A stretch of DNA of 64,000 nucleotides, from NCBI GenBank assembly GCA_963779415.1, contig CAVZYA010000002.1, positions 187,291 to 251,290 of the forward strand, in the 5' to 3' direction. This document shows positions 1 through 8,775 of the stretch, piece after piece. The position numbers and the translations under genes were made by a program. Numbering within the stretch: position 1 is the first letter of the stretch; each line of letters starts with the position of its first letter. The DNA comes from an uncultured Acidobacteriota bacterium. GTDB lineage: Bacteria > Acidobacteriota > Thermoanaerobaculia > UBA5066. The notes beneath the pieces were generated by a model that saw nothing but the letters and a program-made list of their open reading frames with translations, was not told where the DNA came from and did no database searches.

Positions 1-590
1 TCGCAATCCGGACGCTCTCCACCCGGTACGGAACGAAGTCGCTCTGGCGCGGCTTCACCGTCAGCTGCTACCTCTGCCACAACGGGCCGGGGGGCGAGGG
101 GACCAGCCCGAACCATCCGCCGGTCGTGACGAATCTCGCCGTGACGGCGGCACCGAACGTCCCGAAGGCGATCGCCCTCTCGGCGACGGACGCGGACGGC
201 GACCCGTTGACCCTCCGGATCGTGAATCAGCCAGCGAGCGGAAGTTCGGGCCTCGCCGGAATGACGGCGACGTACCATCCTCCCGCCGGTTTCACGGGGA
301 TCGACACCTTCACCTACGCGGCGTGGGATGGTTCATCCGACTCGAATCTCGGCACAGTGACCGTGACGGTCGGCAGCCCGCCGGGACCGACGCCGACGCC
401 GACACCGGTAGCGACGAGGACGCCGACGCCCGGACCGACCGCGAGCCCCACCCGGACGCCAACACCCGGGCCGACGGCTACTCCCACCCGCACTCCGACG
501 CCCGCCCCCACGGCCACGAGGACCCCCAGGCCGACGCGGACGCCGACGGTCACGCCGACACCGACCCCGACGCACCGCCGCGACGACTGA
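1..590 (+). CDS. C-terminal part of a secreted protein whose 5' end lies upstream of the window. It has a CxxCH heme-c-like motif (SCYLCHNG), a cadherin-like/Ig-like repeat ([12 protein letters not shown]...FTYAAWDGS) and a Pro/Thr-rich linker
   Basis: The reading frame is open from nt 3 and stops at 588-590. The CYLCH motif is read at nt ~80-95. The tail encodes tandem '[10 protein letters not shown]' units. Confidence 0.5.
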   Translation, partial: AIRTLSTRYGTKSLWRGFTVSCYLCHNGPGGEGTSPNHPPVVTNLAVTAAPNVPKAIALSATDADGDPLTLRIVNQPASGSSGLAGMTATYHPPAGFTGIDTFTYAAWDGSSDSNLGTVTVTVGSPPGPTPTPTPVATRTPTPGPTASPTRTPTPGPTATPTRTPTPAPTATRTPRPTRTPTVTPTPTPTHRRDD

Positions 591-647
591 GGCTGATCCT
601 TCTCCCCCGGGCTTCCCCGCCCGGGCGGCCTGGCCGGGCCCGTGAGG

Positions 648-1571
648 TCAGACCGCTCGGGCTTCCATGAGAATGCGCTCGATCTCGGCGTCCTTGGCTT
701 CCCAGATTCTCCGGACGTCAGCCTGGATACGTTCGCGGAAGGCGGCATCCTCCTGGTAGTCACCCGTGAACCAGTCGGGCGGGATCGGAATCTCGCGGGC
801 GCGTACGACGACCCGAGGAACGCCACGCGAGAGCAGGTCCCAGACGGTCGGCCGGCCGCCGGGGTAAACGATCGTCACGTCGAGAAGCGAGCGGAGTGTC
901 GGACCCATCGCCGTCGCCGTGAAGGCGACGCCCCCCGTTTTCGGCGGGAGGAGGTGGCGGAAAACGTTCCCGGACCGCGCCTGCTTCTCGGGAGTGAAGC
1001 GGGTTCCTTCGGCGAAATTCAGGATGGAGACCGGAACGTCCCGGAAGCGCTCGCACGCCCGACGCGTCGTCTCGAGATCCTCCCGGCGCTTCTCCGGGTG
1101 CTTCTCGAGGAACTCCTTCGAATGCCGCTTCATGAACGGGAAGTCGAGGGCCCACCAGGCCGCCCCGAGGACCGGCACCCAGATCAGTTGTTGCTTGAGG
1201 AAGAAGCGAAGGAACGGGATCCGGCCGAGGAAGACCCGCTGGAGGACCGGGATGTCGACCCCGGACTGGTGGTTGGGAACGACGAGATAGGACGCGTCGC
1301 GCCGGAGGGACGAGGGCAGCTCGACCTCCCAGCGCGTCGGCTGTGTGATCGCGAGCCCCCACGAGTTCACGGCGATCCACGACTCGCCGATGGCGACGAG
1401 CCCTCGCGAGGAGAGCCGCCGCCAGGCCGGAACGGGGACGACGAGCTTCGCGAGCGTCAAGGCGAAGAGAAGCGCACACCAGAAGAGCGTATTCAAGACG
1501 AAGAGGAGAAACGTCAGCGACCCGACGAGAAGGCGGACGGGCGCTGGGGCGGGGCGGTACCCGGCGGACAC
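648..1571 (-). CDS. PlsC-family (lysophospholipid/lyso-lipid) acyltransferase
   Basis: HX4D motif 'VVPNHQSGVDIPV', second motif 'FAEGTRFTPEK' and an N-terminal transmembrane helix. Confidence 0.75.
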   Translation of the reverse strand: MSAGYRPAPAPVRLLVGSLTFLLFVLNTLFWCALLFALTLAKLVVPVPAWRRLSSRGLVAIGESWIAVNSWGLAITQPTRWEVELPSSLRRDASYLVVPNHQSGVDIPVLQRVFLGRIPFLRFFLKQQLIWVPVLGAAWWALDFPFMKRHSKEFLEKHPEKRREDLETTRRACERFRDVPVSILNFAEGTRFTPEKQARSGNVFRHLLPPKTGGVAFTATAMGPTLRSLLDVTIVYPGGRPTVWDLLSRGVPRVVVRAREIPIPPDWFTGDYQEDAAFRERIQADVRRIWEAKDAEIERILMEARAV

Positions 1572-1703
1572 TGCTCGCCAATCCTATCGAGATTCCCCTT
1601 CTATACTGACCTGAGAATGGCGCCCCGCCCTTACCAAAGCCCTCGCCACGGCCACAAGACGCTGCTGCGTCCGGCGCCTCACGTATCCCGAGGGCGACGG
1701 CGT

Positions 1704-2207
1704 TTGGAGGGTCGCTTCCTCGGGATCGTGGCGCTGTGCTCCGTTTTGGCGACGCTGGCCTGTCAGGACAAGTCGCCGACAGAGCCGGCGGCCGTGGCTC
1801 CGACGCCGACGTTCACGCCGACGCCGACAGCGGGATCCGCCTACACGCCGACGATCATTCCCGTCACACCTACGGCAACACCCGCGGGATCGCCAACCCC
1901 GACCCCGGCGGTCGGGAGTTCGCCTGCGACGCCGACTCCGACAGCAGCCGCGTCGACGCCGACGCCCGCAGGGTCCCTGACACCGACGCCGGCGATCTCT
2001 CCGACCTCGACGCCCGCCGGGACGCCGGTTTCGCCCACGGCGACGCCAGCCATCTCACCCACGCCGACCGGGCTCGTTGGTAAGGCGAGCCCCACGCCGA
2101 CGCCCGCGCCTTCGGTCACGGGGACGATCGCCCTGACGCCGACCGCGTACACGACGCCGACGGCGGGCGCCCCGGCCACGCCGACCGGCGGTGTCGGGAA
2201 AGGCTGA
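1704..2207 (+). CDS. Small Pro/Thr-rich putative lipoprotein with a non-ATG start; TTG at 1704 or GTG at 1728
   Basis: Lipobox-like 'LATLAC' after a hydrophobic stretch, followed by ~140 aa of PT/AT low complexity. It is the only coherent part of the long ORF 642..2207. Confidence 0.4.
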   Translation: MEGRFLGIVALCSVLATLACQDKSPTEPAAVAPTPTFTPTPTAGSAYTPTIIPVTPTATPAGSPTPTPAVGSSPATPTPTAAASTPTPAGSLTPTPAISPTSTPAGTPVSPTATPAISPTPTGLVGKASPTPTPAPSVTGTIALTPTAYTTPTAGAPATPTGGVGKG

Positions 2208-2221
2208 GCCGCAGGGTCTCT

Positions 2222-3517
2222 TCAGCCGAGGGCCACGTCGGCTTCGGCCCGGGCGATGAGGGCCCCGAGGTAACGCGACTTCACCTGCTCGCTCGCGAGA
2301 GCCCGCTTCACGGGCGGGAGCTTCAGGACCGCCCCGAGAACCGCGCCGAGGATCCGGTGGCTCGCGAGCGTCCGGTCGTCGAAGACGAGGTCGGCGAGCT
2401 GTCCTCTTTCGAGCGCCATGACGACCGTCCGGTGAACGGTGTCGAGGGGCGGAATCATCCGGCGCTCGCGCCGGACGAGACGGAGAGCCTTCGGGCGGCA
2501 GGTCGGGACGCAGACGCCGCAGCCGAGGCACGCGCTTTCCTCGAGGCGGACCGTCCGCTTCTTCGGCGCCTTCGGATCGTTCGCCGAGACGAGGCCCATC
2601 GCCTCGACCGGACAGGCGGTCGCGCACTTTCCGCATCCGTCGCAACGCTCGCGGTCGATCCGGGGAATGAAGCCCGTCGTGTGAACCGGCTTGAGAAATC
2701 CGAAGCGCCGCTGAGCGATCAGCGCCTCGCAGCAGCAGCCGCAGCAATTGCAGATGAACGCGGGGCGTTTCTGCACGTTCTCGCCGAACTGGACGAGGCC
2801 GCGCCCACGCGCCGCATGGAGGAGGTCGAGTGTCTCGGCCTCGTCCGCCCGCCGGGCGAAGCCGTGCCGGATGAGCGACGAGGCCGTCGTCCCGAAGGTC
2901 ATGCAGATCTCCATCGGGGCGTCGCAGGCGCGGCCGAGATGCTGCATCTTGTGCCGGCAGTAGCAGACACCGACGCCGATGTCCGAGGCCTCGCGGACGA
3001 CCTCCGACGCCCTCTCCCAGTCGAGCACTTCGAGCGCGTCCCCGTCTTCGAGCACTTCCTCGTTCACGAAGGTCCGCCCGAGCTGCGTCTCGCCGCGGGT
3101 GAAGAGGTCGCGGACGAACTCTTCCTCGACGTTCAGGTACCGGTAGAAAAGCTCCGCCAGCGCCTTCTGGTCGACGTCGCCGCGGACGCGCATCATCGAG
3201 AACTCGAAGAAGCCGGCCATCGGCGGCGGGAGGACCCAGCGCGTTTCGCCCCCTCGGACCGCGTCGACCAGAAGGGCCCTCCCGGCAAGAGCTTCGAGGA
3301 TCGGGCGGGCCTCGTCCGGCGTCATCTTCCACGCCCGCGCGGCCGTCCCGGCGGTGAAGGGCCGGATCGGGAGCCGGGCGACCAGCTCGGCCTCGCGCTC
3401 GCTGAAGAGGATCCGGAGGATCCGGAAGAGGAGGTCCGCCGGCGGGGCGCCCTGCGGGAACCGGTTCAGGCGGCCGACGAGATCGTGGTAGCCGGAGCGG
3501 GCCGTCGCGTGTGCCAT
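2222..3517 (-). CDS. Iron-sulfur protein with two ferredoxin-type 4Fe-4S motifs and an extra Cys-rich cluster
   Basis: CDGCGKCATACP and CLGCGVCVPTCRP (CxxCxxCxxxCP) plus 'FICNCCGCCCEAL'. The ATG (MAHATAR...) chosen inside ORF 2222..3658 is my choice; no RBS was checked. Confidence 0.65.
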   Translation of the reverse strand: MAHATARSGYHDLVGRLNRFPQGAPPADLLFRILRILFSEREAELVARLPIRPFTAGTAARAWKMTPDEARPILEALAGRALLVDAVRGGETRWVLPPPMAGFFEFSMMRVRGDVDQKALAELFYRYLNVEEEFVRDLFTRGETQLGRTFVNEEVLEDGDALEVLDWERASEVVREASDIGVGVCYCRHKMQHLGRACDAPMEICMTFGTTASSLIRHGFARRADEAETLDLLHAARGRGLVQFGENVQKRPAFICNCCGCCCEALIAQRRFGFLKPVHTTGFIPRIDRERCDGCGKCATACPVEAMGLVSANDPKAPKKRTVRLEESACLGCGVCVPTCRPKALRLVRRERRMIPPLDTVHRTVVMALERGQLADLVFDDRTLASHRILGAVLGAVLKLPPVKRALASEQVKSRYLGALIARAEADVALG

Positions 3518-3650
3518 GAAGCCCTCGGGTGCCCCCCCGGATCGTACCTCCGGCCGCACCACGATCGCCCTGCCTCGGGAACCCGGCCGACGTCGCCGAC
3601 GGAGGGGGCTTCCTCTGCTATCTTTCCGTTCGAACATCGAGGAAGACGGC

Positions 3651-4235
3651 ATGATCACGAAACTGCTCGACGGGAACCGTCATTTCGTCAAGGAGACGTT
3701 CGAGAAGGATCGCGAATTCTTCGCGTCCCTCGCCAAACGCCAGAGGCCGACCGTTCTCTGGATCGGCTGCTCCGACTCGCGCCTCACGGTCAGCACGATC
3801 ACGAACACGCGGCCCGGCGAGGTCTTCGTCCACCGGAACATCGCGAACATTGTCGCGACGAACGACTGGAACCTGAGCGCCGTTCTCGAGTTCACGATCA
3901 ACCACCTCCAGATACCCGACGTCGTCATCTGCGGCCATTACAACTGCGGCGGGATCGCGGCGCTCGACCGGGGCGACAGCGAGGACAGGTACATCCCGAT
4001 CTGGCTCATCAACGCCTCCGCCGCCATGAAGCGCGTCGACGAGAAGATCGAGGCGCTCCACACGGAGCTGGAGCCGGGACAGCGGCTCCGGCTGATCGTG
4101 GAGGAGAACGTCCGGCTCCAGCTCGAGCACCTGAGCGAGTACCCGTTCGTCAAGCGCGCCTGTGACGCCGGGAAGCTGACGCTACACGGCTGGGTCTACG
4201 ACATGGGGACGGGAGAGATCAGGATCCTGGCGTGA
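3651..4235 (+). CDS. Beta-class carbonic anhydrase
   Basis: CSDSR ... HYNCGG zinc-ligand motifs; ATG at 3651 (MITKLLDG). Confidence 0.85.
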   Translation: MITKLLDGNRHFVKETFEKDREFFASLAKRQRPTVLWIGCSDSRLTVSTITNTRPGEVFVHRNIANIVATNDWNLSAVLEFTINHLQIPDVVICGHYNCGGIAALDRGDSEDRYIPIWLINASAAMKRVDEKIEALHTELEPGQRLRLIVEENVRLQLEHLSEYPFVKRACDAGKLTLHGWVYDMGTGEIRILA

Positions 4236-6021
4236 CGGGGCGGACCACGAGGCGGAACTCGTCGCCCCCCGGTCGAAGGACGCGGAGCGCGACCGGCTTT
4301 CCGTCGACCCGCTCGAACGTGACGAAGACTCCAAGGACGCCGGCGACCTGAAACGCATCGGCCGAGACCGGCACGAGAACCAGGCTCGGCTCGCCCGGAA
4401 ACTCGATCCGGAGCTTTCCCTTCGCCTCGGTCACGCGCGCCTCGATCGGACGGCTCTCTCCCGCGTAGCGCCCGATGAATCGAGCCCGTTCCGCCTCGGC
4501 CATCGGAACGGCCTTCCGGATGGGGGAGATAAGGGTGAACGGAGGGCGGAGGATCTTCGAGAGGCACGAGACGTCCAGCTCCTTCGCGCTTCCCTTTTCG
4601 AGGAACTCACCGACGAGCGCTTCGAGGCAGCTCGCTTCCTCGAGCCCCTCGTGCCCGTGAGCCCCGTGCGGGACGACCAGCACGCGGCCGTTCGGGAGCG
4701 TCCGCGCCGCCTCCTCGGCCAGCGACGGGGGGGTGGCAGGGTCCCACTCTCCGACGACGAGGAGGGCCGGCGCTTCGGACCGAACCGCTCTGGCGTAGTC
4801 CTCGGGGACGGAGCCCCGAGGCCAGACGCCACATGCGGCACGCTGCTGCCGGAGGCGGTAGTCGCCGAGATAGGTTCCCTCGGCGGCCTTCTCGCCCTCG
4901 CCCGGCCTGATGAAGGGAAGGTCTTCCGCGCAGGTGACGGAGAGATACATCCCCATGCTCCCCGACGCCACGATCTCCTTCCGTGCGAAGAGGGCGAACG
5001 CGGCGAGCGCGTCGAAGTTCCCGCCGGCCGCTTCGTGGAGCACGACGGGGACGAGACTCGCCCACCACACCTGATACGTCATGTACCGGATCGCCTCGCC
5101 GACGATGTCCCGGGAGAGCGTGACCTTCACGGGATCGCCCGTCGCTGGGTCGTACGTCTCCGCGGGCAGCGGACCGGCGGCGGCGCGCCCGAACACGGCG
5201 GCCGCTTCGGCGGCCAGCTTCGGAAAGGCGCGGTGACAGGCCGGCTCGGCCGCGCATTCGGAGAGGACGCCGTCGAACGCCCGCTGGGCCTTCTTCGGAA
5301 TCGCAAGCGGCATGTGATCCGTCGTCGGCTCCACGCCTTCGAGGACCGCCGAGCGCACGTGCTCCGGATGGCGCCTCATGTAGACGAGGGCCGCCCTCGT
5401 TCCGTAAGACCCCCCCACGAGATTGATTCGCCCGTACCCGAGCGCGGCGCGGACGTCGTCCAGGTCGTCCATGGCGATCGGCGTCGTGTAGAGACGGAGG
5501 TCGGCGTCCTTTTCGAGAGTGGCCTTGCACTTTCGGACGGCCTCGATCGGGAGAAAGTCGCCAAGAAGGCGCTGAGGGTCGGCACTTCCTCCGAAGAGAT
5601 CGCAATCGAGCGGATGAGACGCGCCGGTGCCCCGCTGATCCACGAGGACGATGTCTCGCCGCTCCCGGATGGCAGCGAGCGCGAAGGCGAAACCGGCCGC
5701 TTCTTCCGTCGCCGCTGCCCCCGGCCCGCCGGTGAGGATGAAGAGAGGGTCGGGCGCCGCCGGCGGCTTCGTGGCGGGCAGGACGACGACCTTCAGATCG
5801 ATCGTTCTCCCCCGTCGCGCCGTCCGATCCTCGAAGACCGCCACCCTGCCGCAGAGCGCCTTCGTCGAGACGCCCGGAAGGTCGCACGGCGAAAGGGGGA
5901 CCGTCGGCGTCGCGCCCGCGGACTCGGTGGCGAGAATCCGGTCTCCGGGCCACGCTAGAGCGCTCGCGACGGCGAGGGGGAGAAGGATCGAAATCCGCAT
6001 CGTCGTCCTCCGGCTCTTCAT
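4219..6021 (-). CDS. Secreted alpha/beta-hydrolase (S33/TAP-like peptidase family) with a C-terminal extension
   Basis: Signal peptide MKSRRTTMRISILLPLAVASALA and nucleophile elbow 'GGSYGTR' (GxSxG). It is convergent with the carbonic anhydrase, with a 17-nt overlap. Confidence 0.7.
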   Translation of the reverse strand: MKSRRTTMRISILLPLAVASALAWPGDRILATESAGATPTVPLSPCDLPGVSTKALCGRVAVFEDRTARRGRTIDLKVVVLPATKPPAAPDPLFILTGGPGAAATEEAAGFAFALAAIRERRDIVLVDQRGTGASHPLDCDLFGGSADPQRLLGDFLPIEAVRKCKATLEKDADLRLYTTPIAMDDLDDVRAALGYGRINLVGGSYGTRAALVYMRRHPEHVRSAVLEGVEPTTDHMPLAIPKKAQRAFDGVLSECAAEPACHRAFPKLAAEAAAVFGRAAAGPLPAETYDPATGDPVKVTLSRDIVGEAIRYMTYQVWWASLVPVVLHEAAGGNFDALAAFALFARKEIVASGSMGMYLSVTCAEDLPFIRPGEGEKAAEGTYLGDYRLRQQRAACGVWPRGSVPEDYARAVRSEAPALLVVGEWDPATPPSLAEEAARTLPNGRVLVVPHGAHGHEGLEEASCLEALVGEFLEKGSAKELDVSCLSKILRPPFTLISPIRKAVPMAEAERARFIGRYAGESRPIEARVTEAKGKLRIEFPGEPSLVLVPVSADAFQVAGVLGVFVTFERVDGKPVALRVLRPGGDEFRLVVRPVTPGS

Positions 6022-6173
6022 ACGGACCGGACGCGCCTCCGGTTCCTGTTTCGATGGGATCTGCGGAAGGCCTTGACCCGCGCCGCGCCGAGGATCAGAC
6101 TCCGGATTCATCGCGTTAACGCTCCTGGGACGGCGCGGCCGCCTGGCGCTGGCGTTCACGGCGGGAGGTCTTC

Positions 6174-8099
6174 ATGCCCCGGGTTCTTCTCACGAGCGTC
6201 TGTCGCCCCCTCGGGGAGCGATACGGCGACGCCCCGAGCGTCGGCTATGAGCTTCTCTTCGGACAGGTGACGCGGGCGCAGGGGCTGTTCAGCCCGCGCG
6301 CCAACCACGTGCAGTTCTCCCTCGAGTACGTCGCGGAGAACCTCGACGCGCCCACGACGGTTCTTCACTACCCGAGCCGGCGCGAGCTGGCGAGGGAGCT
6401 CGCCAGGGGTTACGACGTCGTCGGGATCTCCTTCGTCCTCTCGACGTTCCACCGGATGAAGGAGGCCGTGGCTCTCGTCCGGAAGCACTCCCCGTCCTCG
6501 AAGATCGTCCTCGGCGGGTACGGAACCGTTCTCTCCGACGAGGTCCTCCGGCCGTTCGCCGACCACGTCTGCCGCGAGGAGGGCGCCGGTTTCATGCGGC
6601 GCCTTCTGGGCGAGCCGGCCGCGGAGCCGCCCCTGAAGCACCCGCTCGTCGTCAGCCGTCTCCGGCTCTTCGGCCGCGAGGTTTCGCGGACCGGCATGGT
6701 CTTCGCGGGCCTCGGGTGCCCCAACGGCTGCGACTTCTGCTGCACCTCCCACTATTTCAAACGGAAGCACATCCGCCTGCTTCCGACCGGACGCGACATC
6801 TACCGCGTCATCCAGCGGTACCTCGATGTCGAACCCGGCATGTCCATCGCCATCCTCGACGAGGACTTCCTCCTGAACCGGGCGCGGGCAATGGAGTTCC
6901 GGGAGTGCGTCCGCGAGGGGAACCGGCCTCTTTCGATCTTCGCCTTCGCGAGCGTGAAGGCCATCAGCCAGTACTCGGTCACGGAGATCCTCGAGATGGG
7001 AATCGACGGGCTCTGGATCGGGTACGAAGGGAGCCGATCGGGATATTCCAAGCAGTCGGGCCGTCCTGTGGAGGAACTCTTCGTGGAGCTGCGCGATCAC
7101 GGGATCAGCATCCTCTCCTCGATGATCGTCGGCCTTCCCTATCAGACGCCGGAGATCCTCGAAGCGGAGCTGTCGCACCTCCTGGACCTGAAGCCGACCC
7201 TTGCCCAGTTCCTGATCTACGGCCCGACTCCGGGAACGCCGTTCTTCGAGAGAGTCAAGAACGAGGGGCTGTTCCGTGAAGAGGTCGCGACGGATCCCGA
7301 AGGCTACTACCGGCGCTGCACGGGCTTTTCTTCCGTCGTGAAGCACCCCGCGATGACTGCGGCCGAGATCGAGGCGATCCAGGAGCGCTGCTTCCGGGAG
7401 GACCTCCGGCGGCTGGGTCCGTCGATCTACCGATCGCTCGAGACCTGGGCCCTCGGCTACGAGAAGCTGAAGGACTCCGCCAGCTCCCTCCTCAGACAAA
7501 AGGCCGATCTCTTCGCTCGCGAGATCCGGAAGGCCTACCCCGTCCTCCTCGCCGGAAGGTTGCTGGCCCCCGGGCGGGATGTCCGCCGCCGCATTGGAGA
7601 GCTCGAGGAACGGATCCATCGCGCGCTGGGGAGACCGACCCTCGTCGAGCGCATGCGGTCCGGCGTGGCCATCGCTCTCGCCGCGTGGACCGGCCTGATC
7701 CTCCGGCTCGGCCTTTTTCAGCACCCTTCGCTCACGCGGCACACGTTCCGGATACCGGAGGAGTCGCTTCCCTCCCGGGTCTGGCGCCGCCTGCGCGGGC
7801 ATGACGCTGAGGGCCATCGGGTAGAGGTCGAGCTGCGGCCCGAGGCGACCGTCTGGGTGACCGTCGCCGGCCGGCTGTCGCTTTCCGGAGCGGACCGGCT
7901 CGCCTCCGGGCTCCGGGATGGCCTGAATCGCCGGAAGGAGCGGCTCGTTCTGGATCTGGCGCGACTGGCGCAGGCGGAGCACGAGGCGCTCGAGGAGCTC
8001 GCGGAACGCCTGCGCGACTACCGGGGCCGGATTCGGGTCGTCCTCCCTCCCGCTGGGGAGTTCGCCACCCTGGCCGCCGTCTTCGCGCTCTATCACTGA
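6174..8099 (+). CDS. B12-binding-domain radical SAM protein with a C-terminal STAS-like domain
   Basis: N-terminal cobalamin-binding Rossmann-like region (KIVLGGYG) and the radical SAM cluster motif 'GCPNGCDFCC' (CxxxCxxC). The last ~100 aa match an anti-sigma-antagonist/STAS pattern (VWVTVAGRLSLSGADRL...LVLDLARLAQ). Confidence 0.75.
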   Translation: MPRVLLTSVCRPLGERYGDAPSVGYELLFGQVTRAQGLFSPRANHVQFSLEYVAENLDAPTTVLHYPSRRELARELARGYDVVGISFVLSTFHRMKEAVALVRKHSPSSKIVLGGYGTVLSDEVLRPFADHVCREEGAGFMRRLLGEPAAEPPLKHPLVVSRLRLFGREVSRTGMVFAGLGCPNGCDFCCTSHYFKRKHIRLLPTGRDIYRVIQRYLDVEPGMSIAILDEDFLLNRARAMEFRECVREGNRPLSIFAFASVKAISQYSVTEILEMGIDGLWIGYEGSRSGYSKQSGRPVEELFVELRDHGISILSSMIVGLPYQTPEILEAELSHLLDLKPTLAQFLIYGPTPGTPFFERVKNEGLFREEVATDPEGYYRRCTGFSSVVKHPAMTAAEIEAIQERCFREDLRRLGPSIYRSLETWALGYEKLKDSASSLLRQKADLFAREIRKAYPVLLAGRLLAPGRDVRRRIGELEERIHRALGRPTLVERMRSGVAIALAAWTGLILRLGLFQHPSLTRHTFRIPEESLPSRVWRRLRGHDAEGHRVEVELRPEATVWVTVAGRLSLSGADRLASGLRDGLNRRKERLVLDLARLAQAEHEALEELAERLRDYRGRIRVVLPPAGEFATLAAVFALYH

Positions 8100-8149
8100 A
8101 GAAACGCCCGCCGTCGGCATTTGCCGCAGCCCGGGCATATGATTTCCGC

Positions 8150-8746
8150 ATGAAGATCGCCGCGACTCTTCTCCTTGCCGCCGCCGTCGCGGGGACGGCA
8201 TCGGCCCAGGAGGCCGTGCCGACTCCCATACCGCAGAGCGTGGTCGTTCCGTCGCTCCCGGACCAGAGGAACAAGGAGACCAACGTCAAGCCGAGCGGCG
8301 CTCTCGCGACCGACGCCGCCGGCTGGGTCCGGAACGGTCCCGACGCGACGGGTGGAAGCACGACGACGCCGAATCCCCGGAACGCGCCCTCGAGGGTCTC
8401 TCCGGGCGGAGGCGCGGGAGGAGGCATCCCGGCCCCTCCGCCCGCTCCTGCTCCGAGCGGGCCGGCGATCGTCAACGCGGCCTACGTCTCGGTTCACGGC
8501 GTCGTGAAGGCGTACCGGCCGGGGACCTCGATCACCGTCGTCGATGCCTCGGGACGCGAGCGGACCGTTTCTCTCGCACCGAACGCGACCATCTACGAAG
8601 GGCTCCGGGCGGGAGACAAGGTCGTCCTCCGTATCCCGCTCGAAAAGCCGGCGAACGGCAAGTCAGCGGACAAGATCGAGAAGGAAAAGCCGAAGACGGC
8701 CCCGCCCAAGTCGAAGTTCGCGGCGGCGCAGGCGCCCGCAAACTGA
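8150..8746 (+). CDS. Secreted hypothetical protein with a Gly/Pro-rich middle and a Lys-rich tail
   Basis: Signal peptide MKIAATLLLAAAVAGTASA and no recognisable catalytic motif. Its first ~20 codons are duplicated at 11691. Confidence 0.55.
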   Translation: MKIAATLLLAAAVAGTASAQEAVPTPIPQSVVVPSLPDQRNKETNVKPSGALATDAAGWVRNGPDATGGSTTTPNPRNAPSRVSPGGGAGGGIPAPPPAPAPSGPAIVNAAYVSVHGVVKAYRPGTSITVVDASGRERTVSLAPNATIYEGLRAGDKVVLRIPLEKPANGKSADKIEKEKPKTAPPKSKFAAAQAPAN

Positions 8747-8775
8747 CCTCTCGCCGATAATCCCGGCGCACCGCC

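Noticed and set aside
642-2207. 521-aa + ORF spanning the acyltransferase locus.
   Set aside because: Only its last ~165 aa (the lipoprotein from 1704) are coherent. The upstream part is antisense to a PlsC acyltransferase that has intact HX4D and FAEGTR motifs.
6156-8201. 681-aa minus-strand ORF antisense to the radical SAM gene. Similar long antisense ORFs are at 9967..11676, 12054..14309, 14810..16945, 17797..19320, 19627..21825 and 22213..24726.
   Set aside because: Their translations are Arg/Pro/Gly-rich with no motifs. They lie opposite well-supported genes, which is the usual stop-codon-poor artefact of a ~70% GC genome.
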